Positions 12,315 to 24,378 of a stretch of DNA of 34,590 bases are shown here, piece after piece. The stretch is from Klebsormidium nitens (lineage: Eukaryota; Plantae; Klebsormidiophyceae), in NCBI GenBank assembly GCA_000708835.1, contig DF237721.1, positions 1 through 34,590 of the forward strand, read 5' to 3'. The stretch's first letter is position 1. Every line of letters begins with the position of its first letter. The notes below the pieces were generated by a model. That model was not told the origin of the DNA and made no database searches. It saw only the letters and a list, made by a program, of their open reading frames with translations. The position numbers and the translations under genes are program-made.

Positions 12315-12570
12315 TAGGGTGGTCACATTTGGGTCGCGACGACCCTTCGGGACGGAATTTTTTACCCTTGGGGTGGGAATTTCGCCCTTGAAGATTCGGG
12401 GTCGCAACTTTTTTAGGGTGGGTTGGCACAACATACCGTCGCGACTCGAAACCGCACAAAGCGGAAAGTTCTAGTCGTTTGGTCGAGGGGCCCCAAATTC
12501 AAATATGATCGAAGTGGGTTTCTAAGGTCGGTGCGCTGGTTTCTCTGAGGATACAAATGTGACCACCCTA
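12315..12570. mobile_element. MITE / non-autonomous DNA transposon, 256 bp, perfect 17-bp terminal inverted repeats
   Basis: Left end tagggtggtcacatttg (12315-12331) and right end caaatgtgaccacccta (12554-12570) are exact reverse complements. Internal GTCGC(G/A)AC motifs recur and there is no ORF. Superfamily uncertain. Confidence 0.8.
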
Positions 12571-13722
12571 TGTGTCGTGCAGGTTCTGTCTAACCGTAAG
12601 AGGAGCTGTATCATACACCGAAGACGACATCGTCGAGCTAGACAAAGGTAGGCTCACGAGTCCTTGCTCCGTAAACAGCTTCGCATACAACTTTTAAAGT
12701 TCTTGCCGCCCTCTCACACAGACTTTGCTGTGGACCCGCTTACATGGAAGCATCACATGAATGTGTACTGTCTGCCTCGTTGCTTCGTCGCTGAGTGCAT
12801 CGAACGATCTCTCCGGCAAAGACAGGCCAATGTAACCATTCCGTTACCTGCCCTTACGCGCATTCACGTACGTCCGAGGGTCGAGGTTGGATGCAACTCA
12901 GTGAACTCAGTGAGCCCAAGTATTCGGCTCATTGGCGTTCTGCATGTGGCTTACAGGTTCAGGAAATGGCGAAACTGATGCGGCAGCCGAGGGCGTAGAG
13001 ATCTGCAGGTTTAGACTGGTGAGGCTGAATGCACTGCCACTACTGGCAGAATCCGCAGTTCTCAGTCTGGGCTCGGAGGTTGCCTTTTTTTGGTCCAATT
13101 GAGAGTTTCAGGACAGGAGCGTTTCTTGTCGCCGGCGGACTCCTACTTTGACCATCGTGTGGAGATTGACATTTAGTTGAAGGAAGTGCATTCAAGTGAT
13201 AAGCCAGTTGACGACTTCTTTCGCAGGGGTACCTTGCAAAGGACGGATGGCAAAGGTCAAAAGGGTCTCTGATTATGCTGCTCACACGCTCAGTGAAATA
13301 CGTCAAGTTCGTTATTGCGTCGTAGTTGCCAAGGGAAGATATAACCGAGTAGACGCAATTCAGGCTCTTAGGATCATCTTCCTTCGGACTTTGTCAAGAC
13401 AAGCCTCATTTTCCATTTCCACGCATGTTGGGTGTGGCACGCAAGCTGGTAATCGCAAATTCGGAAAGCTTCCTTCCGCAACTATCAGTAATGGAATCTC
13501 TTGCAGGATGCGAAACTGATTGCGATTACAGGATGCAAAGTTGATTCGGATGGGGGAGTCCTTCGAATCGGTTCCGGACGCCTTTAACTCGGAGCAGACC
13601 TCGTAATGCTCTACATACGTAGGTCATTTCTGCGTACGTGGGTCATTTATAGAGGAATATTGGGGTCCGGAGCGTGACATGCAGACTCTCGAGCGGAGCG
13701 ACCAAACGGCAATCGCTTGAAC

Positions 13723-14408
13723 GCACGTGCGCACGTGCCCTGCACCGGTGTTTGCAGAAGCCGAACAGAATAAAAGTAGGGGGATACATCGAAGTTGCGC
13801 ACAACGAAACGTAGAGGCTTCTGAACCATAGTTTTGGATTTCAACTTCATACCCGAAGACGATCGGTTCAAAGGCCTCGCTGATGACTACTTTGTTGGGC
13901 ACAGACGTGATGCCGATGTCAGCGAAACGTGCACAACTGCCCTAAATCCCTAAAACCCTAAAATCCTAAAACCCTAATACGCTGCTGGCAGTGAGATACT
14001 TATTTGCCCGTACCCTATTGCAGGAAGATAACGAGTATCTGCTGTACACACCATTTGAGCCGGTCCTCTTTGTAGCATATCGGGTGGGTCTCCGCTTCTC
14101 GCCCTTCTCTTGTCCACGTGGCTCGATTGCAACGAAATTAGAAGACTCGAAAGAGGCAACATTTACACGTGGCGCTGGCTTTCATTTTTTGTGTTCAGGA
14201 CATTCCTGCAGATGGAAATAAGCTCCGTGTTAGGACCAGAGCAGTGTGGGCTCACAAAAGTTCGGCTCTAGATGAAGCAGAACGGTGTCAAGCGTCACAG
14301 TTGAATTTGACAACTCGGATTTGTAAATTCTCTTTCTTTAGCCGATGCTGAGGTACCCAAAGCAGGTGCGCTTGAATGTGCCACGTCGATCGCTTAAATG
14401 TGCCACGT
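13723..14408. promoter_or_regulatory. Cluster of G-box/ABRE-like motifs
   Basis: CACGTG at 13724, 13732, 14115 and 14166 (the last two as CACGTGGC). GCCACGT (ACGTGGC on minus) at 14380 and 14402. Confidence 0.4.
13940..13977. repeat. Interstitial telomere-like tract, about 4.75 x CCCTAAAA
   Basis: ccctaaat ccctaaaa ccctaaaa tcctaaaa ccctaa; an 8-nt unit whose reverse complement is TTTTAGGG. Confidence 0.85.
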
Positions 14409-14412
14409 TGAT
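14369..14412. repeat. 22-bp tandem duplication carrying an ABRE-like core
   Basis: cgcttgaatgtgccacgtcgat / cgcttaaatgtgccacgttgat (20/22 identical). Confidence 0.88.
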
Positions 14413-16467
14413 GCGTGGCTTGCCAAGGGCCAAAGAGGTTTTGGAGAAGGGTATGACAAGGTCAATTGCAAGATTCTGAAAACCACGGTTGCTCTAGTAA
14501 TAAGGAAAAAAGCAGGACCATCGGGGGCTTGTTGCACGCATCTCGGTGCATCTTACGAGCCAACTCGTCGTACCCTCCTCTCACCCTCCTTCTGGTCTTC
14601 GAGACTGAGTGCGGATTCTACACTCCCAGTTCATCGCGTCTCTCGTCTTGTACTCCGTATGTCCACCGGTCTCTTAAATCTGGATCTCGCACTTGGACGA
14701 TCTTCCGATGCTCTGCGTGGGTAAAACCTGGTTTTGGGGCTGATCATGGGGCTCGAACCCGTCCGTGCTTTTCTCCAGGATGGACCCCAGGAGGAGCTCC
14801 AACTAGCCGTCGACGTGAGTGTCCTAAAGCCTGCCTTCGCCCCTCCTTGAGTATTGCTGTCGTCACTGCCACCCTCTTCAGAAGAGACCTTGTCAGGCCA
14901 ATGTAATCTATCTTCCTGTAAGTGCGCTTCCGGTATTGGCTTCCACCTCTAGGTTGGTCCCAGGAAACCCCATGCGGGTGTCTGGCGGTCGTCGATCTGT
15001 GGCTCGTGCACAATTTTGTGACTAAATTCTGTCAACCTGGTGAAGCAGAATGGCATTCACAGATCAGCCACGATCTAGTGATTCTTACAATTGGGCTTAT
15101 AAGGTTTGCCACTGCCTGCGCAGCATGAGTTTGAAGACCGAGCCGTGCACACACTGCTGCAAGAGGAGCGGCGGTTTCAAGAGATGGTGGTAAGTCACAT
15201 TCTGCCTTTGTTTGTTTTGGCGTTTTGCAGTCGCTGCGCTCTTACCCGGGCCGTCGCTATCTGCTCCCGTTGTTGAGCGTCTTTGGCGGCGCAAAACTTG
15301 GCCCTCTGGCTCTTTGTGCTGAGACCGAGGTTGCAAGGCTCGTTTCTAAGAAGGACGGTGGTTACTTGCATCCGGGGACAGAGACAGCGAGGGTTTGCCG
15401 ATTTGAAAGCCTGTGCGCCCTTGCAGGATGAAGAGGAAGCGTTTGAAGATGTTCTCATGCGGCGGAAAGGTTCCAGGTAGTGTTGTCGATCTGCTTGTGT
15501 GGCTTTTAGCAAAGAAACACTCTTCACTGATTGGTGTGTTCTCTGCATGAGTTGCGAGAATGTCCGGTGTATGTACGTAAATCGGCGTTGCTTTGATGGG
15601 CTACCGAAGCCCAAGGTACATGAAGGTACATATGAGTAGTAAAGATGGATCACAAAGAGTCGAGAAGGATTACCAGGTGTGTGGCAGGTACATGGCGAGA
15701 ATGTGCATTCAGCGTAATTGGTTACTATTAATGCAATCTACTGCCAGAAACTGCGCCGTCAATGCAAGATTTTCTGCGATGTCATGGTTCTGTAGCGTAT
15801 GTTCGATCAATGATGGGCGTGCGTCGGCCGCCATCACTGCAGCAGGCTGCTGTGCACCGTACAGTATGTTGCACCTTATAGCCATCGCGATCAATCCTTT
15901 CGATGAGATCAGTATATTATCGAATGGTGCGCGCGCATATATAGCTGATGGATCGGGCTATCATCATGCATGCATGGCATGAATATGCATATTTGAATAC
16001 GTACATAAAGACTATATAATGCTGGCACATGCATGTGCAGTGACTATATAATGCAAGCTGCATCGGGGCAGCTGGATTGCCGCACGGCAATTAAGATCGA
16101 AAGCATCACTTCAACTAAGCGCGCATAAGTGCATGCATTGCATGATTGTTGATTGCGGCCACGATATATACCCGCGATAGACTCATAGTAGGCTCAATTG
16201 TGATATGTACTTGCATGGTTCCGACGATCTGGCAGCATTCCAAATAGGGCTTGTTAAGCGTAGATCCTTAACATTGGCGCCCAACGAATCAATGAATTGC
16301 GGCCCCGATGCCAGCGTGACTCGGAAGTGAAAACCGACTTTCAAGAGACGGGATCTATCCGTACCTTTAACCATTTTGTACCTCGACCAGCTCATCACCC
16401 GTGGTCGGACACACCTCCTCTACCATTGTGAGCAAGTAATCAGACACCTTACTCATACACCTTCCGC

Positions 16468-19400
16468 TTACGTTGTGTACTCGGCATTGATCTTGACATA
16501 GTCGTAGGACAGATCGCAACCCCACGCTGTGCTTGCGCCTGGACCGTCTCCAATGCTGATTTGGATAATGACTGTGCCGTGCTCGTCCCCCGCTGCCTTA
16601 AGGTAACCGCTGGCGCCAGCCCTGCAAATTCCGAAAACAGCGGCAAGGTCAGCAACCAGTTGATCGGACAGGGTCAATCCACAGCCGTCGGAAAGCACCC
16701 AACAAAGTAAGGTCAGTTGAAGTCACTCAGGATCGGGGACCACTTGACTCGCCGCTTCCGCAGTGCTTGAAAAGCTGGTCAGTCAGGCAAAGCGTTGGAG
16801 TCATCCGGTCCGTATGACTCTTGCTGCAATCCGAGTCCAAGACGAAAGAAATTCAGGCCGTCCCCTTCAATGCACCACAAAGGTCTTGCATACCAGTCAG
16901 CTGAATATGCAAAAAGCTGCGGCAAGCAAGGGAACGATCCACGTATGCCGCGCGCTTGCCTGTCGAACTCGATGGGTTGTCCCTTGTCCATCAACTCGAA
17001 GTGCCCTAATCGGATGTTGAGCTGTTCAGGATTGAACGTTACGCCGGCGTAGCCCGCGGCGCAAGCGATGCGGCCCCAGTTCGGATCACGCCCATACACG
17101 GCAGCCTGGTTACAGGGAAAGGAAGGTCAGAAGGTCCAAAATATAGGCATGAGGCTTCCTTTTGATTCGTTTTTGGCTCTGCTCAAAAAGGCCGTTGGCA
17201 TTCTGGAAACAAAGGCAGTAGCACCGACAGCACAGGTTTAACACCGGCGCGAAGTTCTCAAAAGACAACAGTTGCGTGAACCTTGAGAGGCTAAATGCAT
17301 GGACGCAGAACGCGAAAACCTACCGAGCCTAATATAGGCAAGTCATCACAAACGTGGTTCTTGAGAATCCGGTCACTACAGACTTATCTCTACTCTCAAG
17401 TGAAGGCACATTGAACGAGGGCAATTTGACGGACGCGGAGCATTGGGACCAACGCAACACTCTTAAGACACGATATTCTTTGAACGCTGACCTTTGCTTT
17501 TTGGTTCGGCGATCAAATTTCACAAGCAGAAAGCTCCGCTTGATACTCAAACTACTGCCAGAAGCTGCTTAACCCCGGCCTGAACATCCAACGACCCCAA
17601 ACCTACCTTGGTTAGCGAAGACCCAACAACGCTTTTAGCCACGGTGGCTGCTTCGGCTTCGGTGCGCGCTCCGGTCACTTGAACTTCGATCAGCACGGTG
17701 GCCCCTTCGCCATCCCACGCAATCGACTTCGCCAACGCTTGACACAGCTGCAAAATAAGGTTCACGTTCAACACCCGGCATCATGCGAGATCAACTTTCG
17801 AAAAGCCTCTCGGCGACCAAAAGCATGAAAGAGCCTGACAACAACGGCAGACTCCTAAGACTTATTCAGCGCAGCGCGGTCAAGCGCTCCGTTGATAAGA
17901 GACAGATGAACCTGCTCGGGACGCGATCTTGAGCCCAATTCAAATCAAAGTCCTAAACGGTGTTGCAAGGGTTTCCGGACCTTTTCGACCAACGTCTGAG
18001 GAGCTCGCGTTCCTTTCATCCTTTCGTTCGTCGCCAGTCTTTCTTCGAACTGCTTTCCTCGCACAGTTTCACTCAAAAGACCTCTTCAACGGTTGCGGCC
18101 CCATCTCGCAACTCACCGCTGTCAGTGCGCCCTGCAACTGTATTCCCTCTTCGCTCGACGCGTCCGTGATCGTCGGGCCCCCGGCCGCCCCGTTGGCAAG
18201 GGCAATCACCGTGTCGTTAGTGCTTGTATCTCCGTCCACCTAGATAGAGCAACCAGATGAGGGTCAAAGGTTGTTGGAGTAGAGGTATCTACTTGTAGAG
18301 AAAATGAAAAGGCCACAAACCGAACCATCGGAATCATTGGTTGTTTTTCCACCCTGGTTCCCTTCTGAACACGCACAACAATGACGAAAAATCCGCCCAA
18401 TCATTCTTAAGTCCTGAGATTGCAGCGATCACTGCCCATTGGCAGAGGTTTGACCAAACAGAAGCTGGATGGAGGAGGACGGACCGGATATTCAACCTTA
18501 GAGCTCTGTTCATCAGGGAAGCCCGTTGAAGTGCACCTTCCGTTCCGGGTGAAACCTCAAGCCTCGGGGAAAGGAACTCTCAGCAAACAGCTGATTTAGA
18601 TCCGCGTCGTTTTGCCACGCACCGTGATCTGGTTGAAGCTCGCTTTGACTGCTTTCAAGGTCATCTCCCGCCACACGGCCGGAGTCACTGCCGCATCCGT
18701 TGTCACAACCTGCACGACAGAAGATGAGCGCACTAAAAGATCAGTTCGCCGACTTATCGACCGCCTCAATCGACACGCCACAGTATCCAGAAACAACGGG
18801 TCCAAGAGTGGAGTATGCATAAGGTTACAGTTGATGAATGTAGGCAGATTTGGAGGGGATCTGCTGGGCAACATGGCACGATACCCGGACTCTGGCGATA
18901 ATGAACGATCCTCGAATCAATCACCTTCGAAACTTGGTTACGGAGAGATAGCGAAGCTTCTGTCACCGAATACGGTGCCATTTTCAAGAGCACTGTCCAG
19001 AATTCAGGTTAAACAAGGGCAGAGAGCCGCTTCTGACGAGTGGATGGAGCAGCCATGAGACACAACGGAGAAAGGGCGACAGTGTGTGCCAGGCTTACTC
19101 CTAGCATGGTCGCCATGTTGGGGTGGATCATGCCCGAGCCCTTACACATTCCGCCCACGTGGATCGTCGTGTTGCCAACCTGGGGTTGAAAAGAGACTGC
19201 TCAGTGACTCACGAGAATCCCAAACAGGGGACCAGAGTTTCACGCTTGGTTCTTACTGAGATTAATAGAAGCAATAATCAAGTGCGCTCTCGGAACCCGC
19301 TCTCCGCGACGAACGGTTGTGCGCTTGAGTAAAGAGTTGAGAAAAGCGGGCAAGAGGTTCCTAAGCGTTCTGAAGGTTCACTTTCGAGTAGGACGGGAAG

Positions 19401-22400
19401 GACTCCGGAGCACAAATACCGTACTCTGAAATTGCTCCAAATGTATGTTGAACTTCTCTTCCTCTAAACCACATGAAAGCGCACGCTCGACAACAGAAAC
19501 GGTGATGTCAGCAGACTAAGTCTCTCTCATATAATCTGGTTGAGATCACCCCTCTCTCTCCCGAGAGCTTCTCACCTTCGTCTCCAACGCAGCGCTTTTG
19601 CTGACCAAGTCTGTCGTGGTGATGGCGATGGCTGCTGCTTCCGCCCTGAAGGCGGATCGCCGCATCAGCACTTTTGAAAAAACAACCAACGCTATCAGAA
19701 CTGTCTTGATGGCAGCTCGCATCGTTCTCACGAGCAATGACACATACAAGTTGCAAGCTGAGCAACGTCCGACGCACCACAGAGCAAGCAGCGCAGCGCA
19801 AGGAGTGGAATTGAAGAGTTTCCTGCAAGTCTACACTTCAAGAAACCTCCTGCCGACGACAGGACAGGGCAAAAACTTCAAGGCTGCTAACCGTTTTCGG
19901 GTTAGCTTTTGAAGAATATGTTCATAAGTATCATGCTTGCTGCTTGAACGCACGTGTGCGCATTTTCGAGCTGGAGTCCCCTTACAGCATCTTTTGAAGA
20001 GTCTCAGCAGGTAGCTACTTACGAAGCGGGAGATGTGTCTAGCCGTTCTACCAGCTTGGGGAGGGCAGCCACCAGAGCGTCCTGTCATGACAGAGAAAGA
20101 CGGGCGGCTTCAAAATCGAGTCGGGTGATTGACGACGAGAACATTGTCAGAGATTTACTATACTTCGCAATTGTCCAGGGAAGAGTATGCACAATGATGC
20201 TACCTAAATACTGGCCAGAAGTCGTGAATGCAAGAGCAGAAACAAAGAAATCGAACATGAGACCGTGTGAGTCGCTGAGACGACTCAATCACAAGGATTG
20301 AGACTCTAAGGAAGTCGAGATGGAGAAGCAAGCGATTCCGAGGCCGGAGTCCGGAACAGGACATGAAACAAGAACCATGTCACAAACAAGATGGCAACTG
20401 AAGGCGGGGAGGCAAAAATACGGAGTGAGTGCAATCAGCCTCACCTTCTTGATTCTCCGCCCAATGACACCCGTCGACTCGAGTAGCACGGCTGAAGCTG
20501 GGATGCCCAAAATCTGCGGAGACACACAAGGTGAGCAAAGAGACTCCCAGCGGGCGATTCCCAATCAGCCACTACAGCTCACAACTAGGAGCTTATTCTT
20601 CTATCCATCGCTAATGCGAAGGTTTTGTTTCCAGGCTGGTTCCTGCGCAGTCAGAGAGAAACGATCAGCAAGTCTTTCTTCGTCGACGGAATATTGACTG
20701 AGAAGAGGCACAGGATGATTGTCGAAACGGATACGATCTCTCCGTGGCTCACCTTCGCCAGAGCCTCTGCCGATTCGTCTGCATCTTGCCGTCCGGCAAC
20801 GCCCTGGTAAGAGCAGGCAATCGTCAGCCCGACCACCTGATTCCTTGGCTTAAGAAGCAAAATGTTGTACCCCACATCATGGACATAGAATACCTCGCCA
20901 AATCAATTCCTTCAACTGCAAGACTTTCCGAAGACGGATGGATCGGCCACAAAAAGGAGACGACAGACTTTGGTGTTGAAATCGAAAGGTCCACGTCAAA
21001 TCGACGACGCAACACTAAGTCTGGTGAATCGATATCTTACCGTTGCTGCGTTAGCCTGGCCTGCGTTGATCAGCACGGCCCGAGCCTGCAGTCGAAGTTT
21101 AGCAGCACGTCACTACCGCGTGCTATATAACTAGCGCCTCTCCGTAATTTCGCAAATAGCGTTCTTTGTTTGGTGCATCGATTTTCAAGGTTTCGAGCAT
21201 GCCTCAAATCGAGCAGCGCTTGCCCGAGGTGATGAAATAAGCTCACGTAGAGATCGATGCAAAGGGGGTCGTTGAGACCGGATATTTGCACACGCAAAAG
21301 TAATGCAAACATGATTGCAAGAACGCCTGCAACATGGTCGCACGAAGCTCACTGTGTCATTGGCAGCCAGCACCTCCCGGCAGTACTCGACCGGAGCCGC
21401 TGCAACGACGTTGAGGGTGAAAGAGCCTGCAGATGGACGTGCCCGATCAGTAAGCCCGCTCTGGCATCTCCTAACACGCTCTGCTTTCCCGTGGATCCAT
21501 GGGTGAGTGTATCCAGTTTTGAGGGCGTCAGATTGTGACAAAGGCTGAAGCCCGGCCAATCAAAGGGGAACCACATCCGCAATTGCCTGACGTCAGCACG
21601 TTGCACAAGGATTTTGCTGGTCGACGAGTGGGGCCGCTTCGAGAATCGGGTGCGGACGTTGCTCTCAAGTGAAGTGCACAAAAGCAAGCCCTGGAATCGT
21701 CTAACGGGGGGATCCCAAGGCTGAGACCCAGGAATCAATATATTCATTCAGAGATGTTAAGTCTGATTCTTAACCTTTTGTAAGCACCTGCTACCTGTCA
21801 AAATAGGGCCAGCTACAAGTTGGAACGGCGCAACAATAGAAGGCTCCTGACGGAAAGCCCAGAGGTGGCCCCCCTGAGAAACGTCACAATCGACTCAGAC
21901 TGTGGCGATGATCTCAGGGGAAATGGTGGTGTTCACAGCACTCAGAAGTTCCAGTCAACCGTACCAGCTTCATGGGAGAAACTTGGCGAATTCTGGACAA
22001 GTGCCTTACCTGCGGACACAGCGTCGGTGTCCGACACCACCAGAGCCAAGTCCCTCTTCTTGCCAGCCCGGACTGCGGCGTACATGCCGGCTGCACGGTA
22101 GCCCTTGGCTGCAGTCACACCACCGGGGATCTGCACAGAGATGGAGTACTCTGTCTGGTCGATGCATGGCCACCTTCGGAGCTCAGATACTGAACGCAGA
22201 GTGTTGTCAAAGTACAATAAGTGGCAAAAAAAAAGTCTTGCAGATAGAATCTGTATCCAGCTCAAGGAGCTACAATTGCTGACTCTCGGATGTTTTCAAT
22301 AGTCACCCAAAAACAAGATTGCTTGGTCATGAACAATGTTAAGGAACATTCAGCTTCGACGAGCTCAGCAGAAGCTGATGAAGGTGAAAGCAGTTCAGTA

Positions 22401-23751
22401 GGGCTCATTCAAGGCACAGAGTTCCCTATTAAAAAGATGAGAAGCTGATTCCTCGTTGGTAGGTACCTGCTTCCATGGTCCTTCAGGGAGGAGGATTGGT
22501 GCCCTGGGGAACTCGCCTTCGGCCGCTGTCACCCCTGGTTCCTGAGCTCCCTCACAGCGTACCCCAGTAGACTGCAGGGATGAGTACAAAAAAGCTTCAT
22601 TGAGTTTCCTCCTCCGCCACCTTTTTGGGTGTCACTTAAGCTCCTACAGAGGTTTGGTAGTGATGGGTCTCGTTGATTCCTTGTTCAGATTGGAAAAGAG
22701 AAGTCTGCCTATGTCAGCCCCAGCAAGGGAGGAAAGGTCTTCGACATGGCGCATCCTGATTCAGGCGGATTCAGCAGTTATGTGTGGAGTCCCCTGTGAG
22801 AACCGGAATGGGACAGCCTCTTCAGGAAAGAAACCAGCTCAGTGAGACCACAGGGGAAGGAACTCAATTACATTAGAGTCAAGATGATTGATGAACGCAT
22901 ACCAGTCGGCAGCTTGACAAGGACAATTCTTTGTCATGAAGCTCGGTACAAGCTCGCTCTTGACCTTACATCTTCTCTTCTAGCTCCATTCTGATTATTA
23001 GCTTTCAATTGAGCTGGAGTGTAAATGGAAGCCAAGGAGAGAGCATGTCAAGCAGCAGTAGGTCATAGAGCAGGGTGGTGTGAATCTAAGGTAGTAGCTA
23101 GCTGAATGATATTGACAGAAGGACGGTGCTTTGTTGCTTACCTTGCTTGCAATGTCCATCCCTCTACAGAGCTTCTGGCCCAATTGCTCATGCCACTGTC
23201 TGGTCTGACCACTGATTAATTGAGTGCTTGTCAATGCGCGCAGAGGGGAGGGCCAGACAATTGGGACTGCAAATGGAAAAATAATCTCAGAAGGCTCATA
23301 GAGGATTTCTGTCACAAAAGCTTGACAGATAGCATAGTCGGGACTGGTTTGCTTCATTGACCCTCTGAAATGGCTTGTTCCTGTCCCATTCTGCAATTGT
23401 GCCAGATTCAATGTGTAGACAGACAATTGTCAATCAATGCCTTTGCAAATGAGTGGTGGCAACACTGTGAAAGTGACGCAGTTTGTGAGGTGAGTTTGAA
23501 AAGCTTGAAGGTCAAGGCAACACAAATCATTGGTAAAGGCAATTGAGCTGGACCCCTTGACCACCTAGCCAAACGATGGAAAATACCAGACCCTAGAAAC
23601 AAGAACTTTCACTAGTATCAGAACTGGGCACTGATCAGTTTGTGGATTGCGCACCTGCATTCACGCGTTCATGGGAGCTCTGTTTGCCGTTTGACCTCGT
23701 TGCTAAGAGCAGCTTTGAATGCGAAGAGACGCAAATAGCAGAGGTCGCCAT
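16468..23751 (-). CDS. argJ: Arginine biosynthesis protein ArgJ (glutamate N-acetyltransferase / ornithine acetyltransferase), plastid-type, about 515 aa. Exons: 23751-23655, 23266-23142, 22571-22467, 22130-22010, 21426-21353, 21085-21041, 20803-20753, 20513-20445, 20081-20023, 19645-19576, 19179-19099, 18709-18623, 18239-18117, 17747-17607, 17105-16960, 16621-16468
   Basis: Family motifs occur in order: [76 protein letters not shown] (autocleavage A|T nucleophile retained), [47 protein letters not shown]. Exons total 1548 nt in frame. A Ser/Thr/basic N-terminal extension of about 75 aa fits a transit peptide. Confidence 0.95.
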
Positions 23752-24378
23752 GAAGGGAGATGCGCTCCCACTTCAGGGACAAGTGACAAAATCAACAACG
23801 TTCAACAAGTCCAATCAGATTGTGATCAGCATGTGAATTGTGATATCCTAAGTATGCATCCACTTGAGTTTGTACTTGCAAATCGAGCTGCACATGAATC
23901 CAGTGTTAATCCTAAAAATTCAGAATCATAGCAATATGCTTCATAAGCAAACAGATTTGCGATGCACTCCGCTTAGAAACGGGCTCTGAAGCCAAAACTG
24001 CGCCGAGCTGCGGGCCCGTGATTGTACTCAAACGCGCTGATTTCGAATGTCGACAATGGACTTCATCATTTATCACAAAACGAAGCGAATTTTGTTGGCC
24101 AATGGCAAAAGGATGAAAGAATATTGCCTGCAGATGCCTGCAGAAAGAGTTCAGGACAAGAGAGAATTAGGTAGAATTCAGAGAGGAAGGGCAATTCCTC
24201 CTGCAAACGAGCTGGAATTGCCCGCAAAGCTGATCAACACCCAAGCCAAAGTCTCATTTATCGCTCCGCCCTCGGGCAGTATCTCGTGTATTCCCTCCCC
24301 CTCGGGCAATAACTACTACATATCACACCACCACCTGCTGAGCTGTTCTTGGTCGAAAGTTGCGGCCATTCACCTTCC
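23752..24378. promoter_or_regulatory. Shared divergent (head-to-head) promoter region of argJ and the Gfo/Idh/MocA gene
   Basis: 627 nt separate the two outward-facing ATGs, with a central GC-rich segment containing GGGCCC at 24012-24017. Confidence 0.6.

Noticed and set aside
11304-14412. 22-24 bp repeats as possible CRISPR-like arrays
   Set aside because: Each has only two adjacent copies, with no spacers and no cas genes, in a eukaryotic context.
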